A stretch of DNA of 64,000 nt from Escherichia coli (GCF_030013205.1 NZ_CP122648.1); one strand, 5' to 3'. Positions 10,509-21,384 are shown, counted from the stretch's first letter. Program-made: numbers and translations. The notes: generated by a model not told the origin, from the sequence alone.

Positions 10509-11405
10509 CTATGACTTGCTGTTTTCAGTAAGAGTCTTATCATCCAAAGAATTTATTCTAGAAATTCTTTTTAACTCATTAAGATAATCAACCTCGTTTT
10601 CTAAGAACCAATGAAGAACTTTAGAATTGCCAAGTAATTTATTAATATATGACTGGATTATAACGAATTTCAACATATCTGAACCATACTCGGTTTGAAG
10701 CTTTTTCGTTTCTTCCGAAGTTGTTGCCATTTCTTGTTCCAGACGAAGTATGGTTTTTTTTATGTCCTTTTTATAGGGAGTGTTTTTCCCTTTATTTACT
10801 ATCATCGATGCCGGTGTTGCATCCAAGATGCTCATTGCAAATTTTTTACTATAATTATCAAAATTAATCATTGTACCGACTGCTTCAATTTGGCGAATTG
10901 GCTTCATTTTCCTCAAAACGTCAAATGTAGCCTTAGGTATAGGTTTATCAGAAAGTTTCGCAATTACACTTGGATCTATGCCGTTCATCACATTCGCTTT
11001 ATCTTTTATGGCATCAACAGATATGCCCAAAGCAGCACTAAGTTTTTCAATTGATACTTTTGCCAGAGACTTAATTATCATTCTATGTTCTTCAACTACA
11101 TTTATATGATTCACTTGTTTGTTAGGAGTGAAAGCATCATCTATGCTCGAAAGTATACATGGAGCTTTTTCTATACCTAAGTCTTTTAAAGCCTCAACCC
11201 TTAAATGGCCATCAAGTATCTTAGTGACATCTTTATCTTTGTCATAGAATACTATTATTGGTTCAATAATACCTAAGCTTTCGATAGAGGTAACTATTTG
11301 ATGATATTTATGGCTTCGCTTTACGTTTTCTAATAATTCCTTAGATGGAATTAACTTATTAGTTTCCAGGTAAATAAAATTATCGCCAAAACGTATCTGA
11401 ATCAT
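10509..11405 (-). CDS. ParB/Srx-fold protein B (298 aa)
   Basis: N-terminal ParB-like nuclease/NTPase-type motif ...KILDGHLRVEALKDLG.... The central region is HTH-like (SIEKLSAALGISVDAIKD) and the C-terminal half is helical. Its start overlaps the upstream stop (ATGA at 11402-11405). Confidence 0.7.
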   Translation of the reverse strand: MIQIRFGDNFIYLETNKLIPSKELLENVKRSHKYHQIVTSIESLGIIEPIIVFYDKDKDVTKILDGHLRVEALKDLGIEKAPCILSSIDDAFTPNKQVNHINVVEEHRMIIKSLAKVSIEKLSAALGISVDAIKDKANVMNGIDPSVIAKLSDKPIPKATFDVLRKMKPIRQIEAVGTMINFDNYSKKFAMSILDATPASMIVNKGKNTPYKKDIKKTILRLEQEMATTSEETKKLQTEYGSDMLKFVIIQSYINKLLGNSKVLHWFLENEVDYLNELKRISRINSLDDKTLTENSKS

Positions 11406-12298
11406 TTTAATACCTCTTTGTTTACTGGGGTTAATATCTGAGATGGTAGTTCTGAAAGATTCTCTTGTTCAAGTATATGTTGAAAGCTTTTATTTATCAT
11501 TATGATGTTAAAAATCTCATTTACTATTAGTAGGTTGGTTTTTATGAATTTTGAGTTGTTATAAACAGATTTATGTTCAGCGATACTATTTTCATAAAGC
11601 TCAATCAACTCCTCTGCAGTCATCCTTTTTGATGGTTTGTGATAATAAAATCCGGCTGCTTTTGCACCTTTATTCCCAACTGTTCTTTGATTTAGAATGT
11701 GTTTTATCTTTATAATGTCCCGACTTTTTATTAATTTTTTATCATATGCTTCGGTAAGAATATCTTGTGCTTCCTCAGTTTCACATCTTGCAAATTGCAC
11801 TGCGAGATACAGAGGCAAATTACCCCGTTCGACTGCTGAGAGAAGTTTATGCTCTCCCTTATCAAGTAGCATATTAATACTGCTCACCCAGTTCGATGAA
11901 TATCCAGTAATCTCACTTATTTCGGAGTCTGAAAGTCCTCTGATTTTCATGTCTTTAATCACCTGTAATAACTCATTAGAACGTGGTCTTCTCCTTGCAA
12001 TGTTTTCAACTAAACTCATAACGTAAGCATCTTCTTCTGATACATCTCTTATAATTGCTGGAATAATAGTTTCACCTAATGCAACGAGAGCCTCTATTCT
12101 CCCTTGACCACAAATTAAAGCATATTTGAAATCGCCTTCATCAATAGCTCTTACGCTTATTGGCTTGCTTAATCCTCTTTTTTTTATGCTTTCCTTTATT
12201 TCTTCATGCACTACCTTATTTCTTGTTCGTGGGTTAAGAAATTTTATTTTTGCAATCTCAATTTGAATTATTGGGAATTCATTTTTTTCAGGCAGCAT
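11402..12298 (-). CDS. ParB/Srx-fold protein A (298 aa)
   Basis: ParB N-terminal domain motifs ...YALICGQGRIEAL... and ...SLVENIARR.... An HTH follows (LSDSEISEITGYSSNWVSSI). It overlaps the recombinase 3' end by 11 nt. Confidence 0.75.
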   Translation of the reverse strand: MLPEKNEFPIIQIEIAKIKFLNPRTRNKVVHEEIKESIKKRGLSKPISVRAIDEGDFKYALICGQGRIEALVALGETIIPAIIRDVSEEDAYVMSLVENIARRRPRSNELLQVIKDMKIRGLSDSEISEITGYSSNWVSSINMLLDKGEHKLLSAVERGNLPLYLAVQFARCETEEAQDILTEAYDKKLIKSRDIIKIKHILNQRTVGNKGAKAAGFYYHKPSKRMTAEELIELYENSIAEHKSVYNNSKFIKTNLLIVNEIFNIIMINKSFQHILEQENLSELPSQILTPVNKEVLK

Positions 12299-13844
12299 AT
12301 AGTTCCCTCACTTTCATGCGAGTAATAATTTGTAGAAGTTTATCAAGATTATCAAATCTATAGAGATCTAATCGAATGTTGTTTGTTTCCGTCATGCACA
12401 TTTTATTATATTCGTTTTCAATCTTTGGTATGATATAAAAATCAAGAGGTGAAATATTTTGTGAATTCATTCGTATAACAATTGTTATGTCTGCTTTCTG
12501 TGAGTTATCAAACCGGACTTTCCATCTAAGTTTACCTGATTTCATATGTATGCATTTAGTAACAAGGACGGAAATTAAAAACTCATCATTGATGTAAAGC
12601 ATTGGGGCATATTTATACTCGTCTATATGACAGTTACTTTTTAAAATTTCACCCTTAAAATCCTCAATTATCTCTGAGTAAAATGATCTTAGTGCTTCAT
12701 TTATTTTGAGATAGCTGTAATCATGTTCTGGCTTATAACCAATCAAAGTATATGCTCTTAAAAGACCACCAAATCGGGTTCTATAAACAGAAGATGAAGG
12801 GCCTGTATCATCTTCATCAATGATAAAGCCTGATAGTTTTCCATTAGATTCTAATTTTTGTTTTAGTTTTTCTAATAGATCTTCATTAGTCAAATGAATG
12901 GATCGGAGCTGAATTATTTCTTGAGCTTTATTGTATTTTTTCTTTGAAATAATAGGTTTATATGCCTTGTCACATCTAACCCATTCATGTTTGGGGTTTT
13001 TTACAAGCCTACTTTTTAATTTAGATGAGGTTTTGTTATATATGTTGTTTCCAATATATTTTTCATTTGTCAAAATTTGATGTATTTTTGCACGAGTCCA
13101 TAATGTTCCATTTTCTGCAGGTATGTTCTGTTCATTTAATCTCTCAGCAATAATGAATTCTGGGACGTTATTATCTATAAAGAGATCATATATTCTATTT
13201 ACAATTTTTATTTCATTTTTTGGTCCCGGAATTAATATTACCCTATCTGTTTGAATACTCTTTCTTTTGCGGAAACTCAATATTTCTTTAGCTATGCCAT
13301 TTTCGTCTACTAAAAGACGTCTCAGCCCATAACCAGCCATACCGCCTTGATGATAACCAAGCTTTATTAAATTTACTTGCCCTATAAATACCTTTTCAGA
13401 TAGATTCCTGCTGTGATATGCAGCACTAGATCTTTTTATATTCAGTATAACAGAGGACTCTAAAGGGAAATCTTTAGTGGGTATAGGTTCGGAACAATAT
13501 ATAAGATCTACACCATTTCTCTCAAATAGAAAGGAATAATATGCCGCTTCATCACTATTTTGAAAACGACCAAAACGGCTCACATCATAAAATAATACAG
13601 CCTGTATATCTATTTTCTTTTGTTCTACATCGCTAAGTAACTGCTGCAAAGAATGCCTGCCTACGATACTGACTCCGCTCTTACCTGCATCATCGTAGGT
13701 ATAAGCGATTTCCATATTGTTCTTTTCAGCATAATCTTTGATATATTCGGACTGATTATGTAAAGAATATTGCTGATGGTCGGTAGACATCCTCAAGTAC
13801 TGCGCGACCCTAACTCTATGATTTTTGTCATTTTCGCTAGCCAT
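12288..13844 (-). CDS. Large serine recombinase (518 aa) lacking an obvious zinc ribbon
   Basis: Resolvase-type catalytic N-terminus (RVAQYLRMSTDHQ..., DVSRFGR). The 'recombinase' domain is present (LWTRAKIHQILTNEKYIGNNIYNK). The C-terminal ~200 aa contain only isolated Cys and no CxxC pairs. RBS gagg lies 8 nt upstream of the ATG. Confidence 0.85.
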   Translation of the reverse strand: MASENDKNHRVRVAQYLRMSTDHQQYSLHNQSEYIKDYAEKNNMEIAYTYDDAGKSGVSIVGRHSLQQLLSDVEQKKIDIQAVLFYDVSRFGRFQNSDEAAYYSFLFERNGVDLIYCSEPIPTKDFPLESSVILNIKRSSAAYHSRNLSEKVFIGQVNLIKLGYHQGGMAGYGLRRLLVDENGIAKEILSFRKRKSIQTDRVILIPGPKNEIKIVNRIYDLFIDNNVPEFIIAERLNEQNIPAENGTLWTRAKIHQILTNEKYIGNNIYNKTSSKLKSRLVKNPKHEWVRCDKAYKPIISKKKYNKAQEIIQLRSIHLTNEDLLEKLKQKLESNGKLSGFIIDEDDTGPSSSVYRTRFGGLLRAYTLIGYKPEHDYSYLKINEALRSFYSEIIEDFKGEILKSNCHIDEYKYAPMLYINDEFLISVLVTKCIHMKSGKLRWKVRFDNSQKADITIVIRMNSQNISPLDFYIIPKIENEYNKMCMTETNNIRLDLYRFDNLDKLLQIITRMKVRELYAA

Positions 13845-14014
13845 GCACGAAACCTCATGGATGATTCAATACAATGTAGTGGATAAAATTGATCAAATTT
13901 CAACCGAATTCAACTGTTTTATCATTGATTAGAGCGAATTTGGTAGATCTTCGAGGTGTATGATAATCGAGAAGAGATGTGAATTATTTAGCTGATATGA
14001 CCGACAGCTTTCGT

Positions 14015-14064
14015 TATGTGGACTCAATGTCCCCATTTGTAAATGGCTATGCTTAGTCCACATA
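14015..14064. repeat. 50-bp dyad-symmetric site upstream of the serine recombinase gene
   Basis: The outer 10-bp arms tatgtggact (14015-14024) and agtccacata (14055-14064) share one centre with the inner ccattt-gt-aaatgg (14033-14046). That centre is the gt dinucleotide at 14039-14040. Confidence 0.75.
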
Positions 14065-14126
14065 GGTTAATGGTGTGATTATTAATTCTTTAACTAAATC
14101 AAGATAGTTAATCCATCATGGGAGAG

Positions 14127-15356
14127 TTATGCGGCCATAACTTTGCATTTTTGAGACGAAACATAGTCACTCCACCATTGCATGAGAACCACCCGTTCAG
14201 TGAGATACTCTGCACGATTGTAGGCTGCAATTATTTCATCTTTCTTCGAGTGGGCAAGGGCGGCTTCTAAGACATCAGTCCTAAACTTGCCAGACTCCTC
14301 AGCAGCCGTTCTAGCAATGGATCGCATACCGTGAGCTACAAGCTCACCTCCGAAACCCATACGGATTATGGCCGCATTAGCTGTTTGTTCATGCATGTGA
14401 TTGAGTGGAGCTTTGATACTGGGGAACACCCACTCTCTATGCCCGCTGATGACTTTCATTAAATCCAAAACTCGCAAAGCTTCTTTGCTCAGTGGAACTT
14501 TGTGAGGCTTCTTCATTTTCATAAACTCCGCCGGGATGTTCCACATGCCAGTTTCAATATCAATATCTGACCATCTTGTGCGAACAGCTTCACCTGGGCG
14601 AACCCATGTGAGAAGTTGCCACTCAATCAGTAGCCTTGTTTCCAAACGGATAGAAGCATTGTTTAGAGCAACCAAGAAGCGAGGGAGTTCGGAAGGGGGT
14701 AATGCTGGCATATTCTGTTTTTTTGGCTTGCTGAACCGTTGCCCCAGGTTGTCTGCCGGGTTGAATTCTATGAGTTCTTCTGTTGCTGCATAGCGGAAAA
14801 TTTCATTCAGGCGGGATATGATGCGGCGAAGTGTTTCAAGGACACCTCGTTTTTCTATGGGTTCTAAATGCTGTTTAAGCATTTTAGGGCGAATCTCCTT
14901 AATTGGGGTATCACCCAATGTGGAAAAGATATTTCTCTCTAGGCTTCGCCAGATGTCGTTAGCATGATCTTGGGAGATGCCTGACGTTTTGACTTTCTCA
15001 TCAAGCCACTTCTTGGCTACTGCTTGAAATGTATGTTCCGTGGCATCTTTCAGTGCATTGGCTTTTTGGTTGTTATGAACTTGGGGGTCTATACCATTTG
15101 TAAGCAACGACAAGTATTCATCACGTAAAGCTCGTGCCTTCGCAAGTGTAAGGTGAGGATAGGTTCCTAAGCTCACCTTAGTTCGCTTTTTGGTCACAGG
15201 CACTGCATATCTGAAATACCAATTTTTCTTCCCTCCCTTCGCCAGGGGAGCGATTCGCAACAGCAAACCATCGCCGTCAAAAAGGTTAACCTCTTTTTCG
15301 GCAGGTTTGGTGCTTTTGATTTCAGTGTCAGTGAGCTTCTTAGCGATTTTGGCCAT
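14127..15356 (-). CDS. P4-type tyrosine integrase (ssrA-specific, CP4-57 IntA-like)
   Basis: The N-terminus MAKIAKKLTDTEIKSTKPAEKEVNLFDGDGLLLRI...WYFRY parallels K-12 IntA (MARKTKPLTDTEIKAAKP...). The C-terminal catalytic region has ...HGMRS...AALAH...Y. It lies directly next to the tmRNA 3' end. An upstream in-frame start at 15437 is less likely. Confidence 0.9.
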   Translation of the reverse strand: MAKIAKKLTDTEIKSTKPAEKEVNLFDGDGLLLRIAPLAKGGKKNWYFRYAVPVTKKRTKVSLGTYPHLTLAKARALRDEYLSLLTNGIDPQVHNNQKANALKDATEHTFQAVAKKWLDEKVKTSGISQDHANDIWRSLERNIFSTLGDTPIKEIRPKMLKQHLEPIEKRGVLETLRRIISRLNEIFRYAATEELIEFNPADNLGQRFSKPKKQNMPALPPSELPRFLVALNNASIRLETRLLIEWQLLTWVRPGEAVRTRWSDIDIETGMWNIPAEFMKMKKPHKVPLSKEALRVLDLMKVISGHREWVFPSIKAPLNHMHEQTANAAIIRMGFGGELVAHGMRSIARTAAEESGKFRTDVLEAALAHSKKDEIIAAYNRAEYLTERVVLMQWWSDYVSSQKCKVMAA

Positions 15357-15454
15357 GTTTGGGACCCTCGATTTTAGGACCCATCTTCGTGGGTCCCATT
15401 CAGGGTGCCATAACTCGTAGTTCTCAGCAATTCTCACTAGACTACAATAGACGT

Positions 15455-15488
15455 AAAAAAGCCCGCAGAGCTTGTGCTGTGCGGGCTT
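15455..15488 (-). terminator. Rho-independent terminator downstream of ssrA
   Basis: The minus strand reads aagcccgcacagcacaagctctgcgggcttttttac, a GC stem followed by a T-run. Confidence 0.7.
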
Positions 15489-15522
15489 AGTAGACTTTAC
15501 TGAACTTCAGTACATCAATATT

Positions 15523-15885
15523 TGGTGGAGCTGGCGGGAGTTGAACCCGCGTCCGAAATTCCTACGTCCTCGGTACTACATGCTTAGTCAGTCTTTACAT
15601 TCGCTTGCCAGCTGCGGACGGACACGCCACTAACAAACTAGCCTGATTAAGTTTTAACGCTTCAACCCCAGGCAGGGCTTCCACGCGATCTCTTTTGGGT
15701 TTGACCTCTCTTGATCCCCGTCCTAAGAGCGGAGGCTAGGGAGAGAGGGCTCTAAGCAGGTTATTAAGCTGCTAAAGCGTAGTTTTCGTCGTTTGCGACT
15801 ATTTTTTGCGGCTTTTTACGAGGCCAACCGCCCCTCGGCATGCACCTTGGGTTTCGCAAATCCCGTCGAATCCAGAATCAGCCCC
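15523..15885 (-). ncRNA. ssrA: tmRNA (SsrA), 363 nt
   Basis: The reverse complement begins GGGGCTGATTCTGGATTCGACGGGATTTGCG and ends ...GGTTCAACTCCCGCCAGCTCCACCA. It contains the tag reading frame GCAAACGACGAAAACTACGCTTTAGCAGCTTAA (ANDENYALAA). Confidence 0.97.
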
Positions 15886-16099
15886 AATGTGTAACGGCAA
15901 GTATACCAGATTTATGAGCGCCATGACCAGCCTCAATGGCGTTATCGTTAAAGATTTAGCACCCATGTAGCCTGATTTTTATTCGATTAAGCAATGGGAT
16001 GGCAACATTTGTGTCGGATGTGATAGCCAATAAGATGTTCATTCGCGCCGCCGGAGAGGGAGGCGCGGTGAGGAACTGGTCAATAATTGGAGTGCAGGT

Positions 16100-16582
16100 T
16101 TAACGGTGGGCGTTTTTCATGATACGCGCTTTATCCACCTGCCATTCGCGCTCTTTGATATCTGAACGTTTATCGTGCTGTTTCTTACCTTTGGCGACGC
16201 CGATTTTCACTTTGCACCAGGCATTTTTCCAGTACAGGGAGAGCGCCACTACGGTATAGCCTTCTCGATTGACGCGACCGTACAATGAGTCCAGTTCGCG
16301 CTGGTTGAGAAGTAACTTGCGGGTACGGGTAGGATCGCACACCACATGCGTGGAGGCCACGGCCATTGGCGTGATGTTAGCGCCAAACAGAAATGCCTCT
16401 CCGTCACGCAGAAGGACGTAGCTGTCGCTGATATTGGCTTTTCCTGCGCGCAGGGATTTAACCTCCCAGCCTTGCAGGGCAAGTCCCGCTTCGAACTCTT
16501 CTTCGATAAAGTATTCGTGACGGGCGCGCTTGTTAAGCGCGATGGTCGCTGAACCAGGTTTATGTGCTTTTTTCTTCGTCAT
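16100..16582 (-). CDS. smpB: SsrA-binding protein SmpB
   Basis: 160 aa, [48 protein letters not shown].... This is the K-12 SmpB sequence, in the expected position upstream of ssrA. Confidence 0.97.
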
Positions 16583-16713
16583 AAGCGTCGTGAATCATCG
16601 GTAATCTGAAATCGAAAACACCCCATATCAATCCTGCGGGGGACAAGGCTCTATCTTAGCATGAACCCGATGTTACCCAGCGCCGGGATAGCGTTTTTTT
16701 TACAGCAGGATAA

Positions 16714-17190
16714 ATGATATTATTTGTTGGATTTTTGTTGATGGAAATTGTTATGCCTCAGATTAGCCGGACCGCACTGGTACCCTACAGCGCGGAGCAA
16801 ATGTATCAGTTAGTGAATGACGTTCAGTCTTATCCTCAGTTTTTGCCGGGTTGTACCGGAAGTCGGATTCTGGAGTCCACTCCTGGGCAGATGACTGCGG
16901 CGGTAGATGTCTCTAAGGCTGGGATCAGCAAAACGTTTACTACCCGCAACCAGTTGACCAGTAACCAAAGTATTCTTATGAATCTGGTGGATGGGCCGTT
17001 CAAGAAATTGATCGGTGGCTGGAAGTTTACGCCGCTGAGTCAGGAGGCGTGCCGTATCGAGTTTCATCTCGATTTTGAGTTTACCAATAAGTTGATTGAA
17101 CTCGCCTTTGGCCGCGTGTTTAAAGAGCTGGCGGCTAATATGGTCCAGGCTTTTACGGTTCGTGCGAAAGAGGTTTACAGTGCCAGGTAA
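16714..17190 (+). CDS. ratA: RatA/PasT (SRPBCC/START-fold, ribosome-association toxin family)
   Basis: 158 aa. It matches K-12 YfjG/RatA from memory (…[34 protein letters not shown]...). Synteny fits. Confidence 0.9.
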   Translation: MILFVGFLLMEIVMPQISRTALVPYSAEQMYQLVNDVQSYPQFLPGCTGSRILESTPGQMTAAVDVSKAGISKTFTTRNQLTSNQSILMNLVDGPFKKLIGGWKFTPLSQEACRIEFHLDFEFTNKLIELAFGRVFKELAANMVQAFTVRAKEVYSAR

Positions 17191-17470
17191 AATTGCCGTT
17201 GAGGTGGCTTATGCGCTACCTGAGAAGCAGTACCTGCAGCGCGTGACGCTGCAGGAGGGTGCGACGGTTGAAGAAGCTATTCGCGCCAGTGGCTTGCTGG
17301 AATTGCGTACCGATATCGATTTAACTAAAAACAAAGTCGGCATTTATAGCCGTCCGGCAAAACTGAGCGATAGTGTGCATGATGGCGATCGGGTGGAGAT
17401 TTATCGCCCTCTCATTGCCGATCCGAAAGAGCTGCGCAGGCAACGAGCAGAAAAATCAGCGAATAAATAA
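17180..17470 (+). CDS. ratB: RatB (UPF0125/YfjF)
   Basis: A GTG start at 17180 gives 96 aa, (M)[33 protein letters not shown].... It overlaps the ratA 3' end as in K-12. Confidence 0.85.
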
Positions 17471-17476
17471 CAGACA

Positions 17477-17506
17477 GAAAAAAGGTGCTCATTGAGCACC
17501 TTTTTT
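17477..17506. terminator. Bidirectional terminator between convergent ratB and bamE
   Basis: aaaaaaaggtgctcattgagcacctttttt: a perfect 7-bp stem flanked by an A-run and a T-run. Confidence 0.8.
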
Positions 17507-17531
17507 AACGTCTTTGAGAGCAACTTTATTA

Positions 17532-17873
17532 TTAGTTACCACTCAGCGCAGGTTTGTTATCAATGTTGGTCAACACACCGCTACTGTTAAAGGTCAGCGT
17601 CAGCGTTTGCTGCGTTACACCTTCATGACCTGGTTGCTGGCGGAAGACATAGAACCAGGTATTCGTACCAAATGGATCGGACATCAACGGTGTACCCAAT
17701 GCGTACGCAACTTGTTGTTGCGTCATGCCAACGCGTATTTTGGATACGTCGTTAGCGGTCAGATAATTCCCCTGGTTGATGTCAGGACGGTAAACCACTC
17801 GCTCCAGAGTGGAACAGCCTGCGGTCAACATCAATAGTACTGCTGCTGCAGCAGTCAGCGTTTTACAGCGCAT
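17532..17873 (-). CDS. bamE: Outer-membrane protein assembly factor BamE (SmpA)
   Basis: 113 aa with lipoprotein signal [38 protein letters not shown]... Confidence 0.95.
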
Positions 17874-18021
17874 AGTGATTTGATTCCTTTTCGGGCCCGA
17901 GCAGTACGTGGCTCATCTGTAATATGCCGATGATAATAGACCTTTCGTCACTTTAAAACCTTTTGCTTTCCGGTCTTACGGCGTTTTGCTGTTTACTCTG
18001 ACCGTGAAGCAGGAAAAAAGT

Positions 18022-19683
18022 TTACGCCGCAAGCAGTTCTTTCGCATTCGCCAGTGTGTTACGTGTGACTTCACTGCCACCAAGCAGGCGCGCCAGCTCT
18101 TGTAACCGCGCTTTTTTATCCAGGGATTGCATATGCGTTTCTGTCATCGCACCATCGGTTTCTTTGCTGACAAAATAGTGTTGATGACCACATCCCGCGA
18201 CTTGTGGCAAGTGGGTAACACACATCACCTGAGTTGATTCGCCAAGTTGACGCAGCAGTTTGCCGACAACTGCCGCTGTTGGACCGCTAATCCCTACATC
18301 CACTTCATCAAAAATCAGTGCCGGGGTTTCCATTTTACGCGCCGTGATGACCTGAATTGCCAATGCGATGCGGGACAATTCACCACCGGATGCAACTTTG
18401 GCAATAGGCTGCATTGGCTGACCTGGGTTGGTGGTTACCCGAAACTCAATACGATCAGCGCCGTCAGCGCCCAGGTGATGCTCGTCAAATTTAATATCGA
18501 TCGTAAACTGCCCATGTGGCATAGAGAGCGCATGCATACTTTTGGTGATCAGCTGTGCCAACTCATTTGCATAATGCTGGCGTTGCAGGTGTAATGCGTG
18601 CGCGGTTTCCAGTGCCTGCTGATGATGTTTCGTTACCGCCAGCGCGAGCGTTTCTTGTGAGTCGGCCTGATCGTCCAGTTGCTGCTGTTCTTCCAGTAGC
18701 GACTGGTAATACTGTGGCAATGCCTCAGGGCTGACGTGATGTTTACGTGCCAGCGAAATCTGTTTTGAGATGCGCTGTTCAAGTTCAAACAGTCGGTTGG
18801 GATCGAGATCCAGACGATCGCAGTAGTGGCGCAGTTCATCGCTGGCTTCAGTAATCTGGATGGTAGCTTCTTCCAGCATATCAAGTACGCCGGACAGTTT
18901 GCTGTCCATGCCAATCAATTCGCTCACCAGTTGTTTAGCCGTGTAAAGCTGACTTTGCAGGTTTGCGTCTTCACCGTCGGCCATTACTGCCAATGCATTC
19001 TGGCTGGTAGTCAGCAATTGACCGCTGTTCGCCAGACGTTTGTACTCTTCGTCGATTTGCTCAAACTCTCCGGGCTGCGGATTAAATTCGTTAAGTTCTT
19101 TTAATTGGTATTGCAGCAGTTCTGCACGGGCGGCGCGTTCCTGACTTAACTGTTGATGATGCGCGAGGTCACGGCAGCTTTGATGCCACAACTGATAACG
19201 TGCGGTCATTTCCTGGAGTAGAGAGGTTTCATTGGCATAGCCATCAAGCAGGAATTTTTGGTGCTCGGGTTTGGTGAGTAACTGATGAGCGTGCTGACCA
19301 TGGATCTGAATCAGCAACTGACCCAGTTCGCGCAGTTGTGAAAGAGGAACCGCTGTACCGTTGATAAAACCACGGGAGCGACCATCGCTGCTGATTACGC
19401 GACGAAGCAAACATTCATGCCCGTCTTCAAGCTGGTTTTCTTCCAGCCAGCGCAGGGCCGCTGGCGTATCTTTCAGAGAAAAACGGGCGCACAGGTCGGC
19501 ACGAGCAGCGCCGGTACGCACCATGTCGGCTTCAGCGCGACCACCGAGACAAAGGCCGAGGGCATCTATTGCAATAGATTTACCCGCGCCGGTCTCGCCA
19601 GTTATTACGGTCATGCCGCTATGAAAATCAATCTCAAGCTCACGAACGATAGCAAAGTTGCTGATGGTCAGTTGTGCCAACAT
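18022..19683 (-). CDS. recN: DNA repair protein RecN
   Basis: 553 aa. [36 protein letters not shown] (Walker A), long coiled-coil region, C-terminal SGGE signature. Confidence 0.97.
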   Translation of the reverse strand: MLAQLTISNFAIVRELEIDFHSGMTVITGETGAGKSIAIDALGLCLGGRAEADMVRTGAARADLCARFSLKDTPAALRWLEENQLEDGHECLLRRVISSDGRSRGFINGTAVPLSQLRELGQLLIQIHGQHAHQLLTKPEHQKFLLDGYANETSLLQEMTARYQLWHQSCRDLAHHQQLSQERAARAELLQYQLKELNEFNPQPGEFEQIDEEYKRLANSGQLLTTSQNALAVMADGEDANLQSQLYTAKQLVSELIGMDSKLSGVLDMLEEATIQITEASDELRHYCDRLDLDPNRLFELEQRISKQISLARKHHVSPEALPQYYQSLLEEQQQLDDQADSQETLALAVTKHHQQALETAHALHLQRQHYANELAQLITKSMHALSMPHGQFTIDIKFDEHHLGADGADRIEFRVTTNPGQPMQPIAKVASGGELSRIALAIQVITARKMETPALIFDEVDVGISGPTAAVVGKLLRQLGESTQVMCVTHLPQVAGCGHQHYFVSKETDGAMTETHMQSLDKKARLQELARLLGGSEVTRNTLANAKELLAA

Positions 19684-19711
19684 AGTTGTTTTCCTGTATG
19701 AAAAACCATTA

Positions 19712-19749
19712 CTGTTATTGTGTACAGTATAAACTGGTTTTATATACAG
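19712..19749 (-). promoter_or_regulatory. Two LexA (SOS) boxes in the recN promoter
   Basis: CTGTtattgtgtACAG (19712-19727) and CTGGttttatatACAG (19734-19749) match CTGT-N8-ACAG, 30-65 bp upstream of the recN start. Confidence 0.85.
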
Positions 19750-19768
19750 TAAAGAGGCTGGCGTAAAA

Positions 19769-20647
19769 TTAGAATAATTTTTTTGACCAGCCGAGCTTGG
19801 TGCTTAATGTATTGAAATAACTGTAATCTTTCGGATGAATCAGATTCAGATGGTAATCACAGCGACGAATCAGGACATCTTCACCTTCCTGAATCGGCAG
19901 TGCTATCTGGCTGTCGCAACTGATTTCCAGGTCGTTACGGCGATGCGAAAAACGCAGACGGATCGTGCTGCTGCTGTTTATCACCAGCGGTCGCGCTGAC
20001 AACGTATGCGGGAACATGGGCACCAGGGTAATCGCATCCAGAGAGGGTGTCAGAATAGGACCGCCCGCAGAGAGGGAATAGGCGGTGGAGCCTGTTGGCG
20101 TCGAAATAATCAGGCCATCAGAACGCTGAGAAAACGCAAAGATCTCGTCGATATACACTTCGAACTCAATCATATGCGCCACTTTGCCAGGATGAAGTAC
20201 CACTTCGTTAATCGCCGTGCTGATGCGTTTCTGGCAATCTTGCTGACAAACTTGCGCTTCCAGCAAAAAACGTTTCTCGCTGATGTAGTGGCCTTCCAGC
20301 ACATCGGCTAATTGTTGCTGGGCGTTATCGGGATCAAGGTCGGTCAGGAAACCCAGGTTGCCACGGTTGATTCCAATAACTTTAATATCGTAACGGGCGA
20401 GTGTGCGTGCCGCGCCCAGCATATTACCGTCGCCACCAACGACTACCGCGAGATCAGCCAGTTGTCCAATCTCCGCGAGCGTGCCAGTTTTCACATTCTT
20501 CAGTTGCAGTTCGTGAGCGATTTGCTGCTCAACGATGACCTCGTAACCTTTTGTGCACAGCCAGCGGTAGAGCATTTCATGTGTTGTCAGTGCAGTGGGG
20601 TGCCGTGGGTGTCCCACAATGCCAATACACTTGAAATGATTATTCAT
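19769..20647 (-). CDS. nadK: NAD kinase
   Basis: 292 aa. [17 protein letters not shown]...[14 protein letters not shown]...; GGDG motif; K-12 synteny. Confidence 0.96.
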
Positions 20648-20694
20648 TTTTCCGAGGTCCTTGTTGCGAAGATTGATGACAATGTGAGTGCTTC

Positions 20695-20724
20695 CCTTGA
20701 AACCCTGAAACTGATCCCCATAAT
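20695..20724 (+). promoter_or_regulatory. Sigma-32 heat-shock promoter of grpE
   Basis: CTTGAAA (20695-20701), a 14-nt spacer, then CCCCATAAT (20716-20724). This matches the sigma-32 consensus CTTGAAA-N13-15-CCCCATNT. Confidence 0.85.
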
Positions 20725-20736
20725 AAGCGAAGTTAG

Positions 20737-21363
<627 letters not shown>

Positions 21364-21384
21364 TTTCTGCTTTCGTAATAAATC

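Larger units (their letters stand above)
1..15522. mobile_element. ssrA-associated genomic island (partial; continues beyond left edge)
   Basis: A P4-type integrase abuts the 3' end of ssrA. Everything to its left (recombinase/ParB module, IS remnant, type I R-M, two IS1, ankyrin gene) is not part of the K-12 smpB-ssrA neighbourhood as I recall it. Much of it is visibly more AT-rich than the core genes to the right. Confidence 0.8.
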
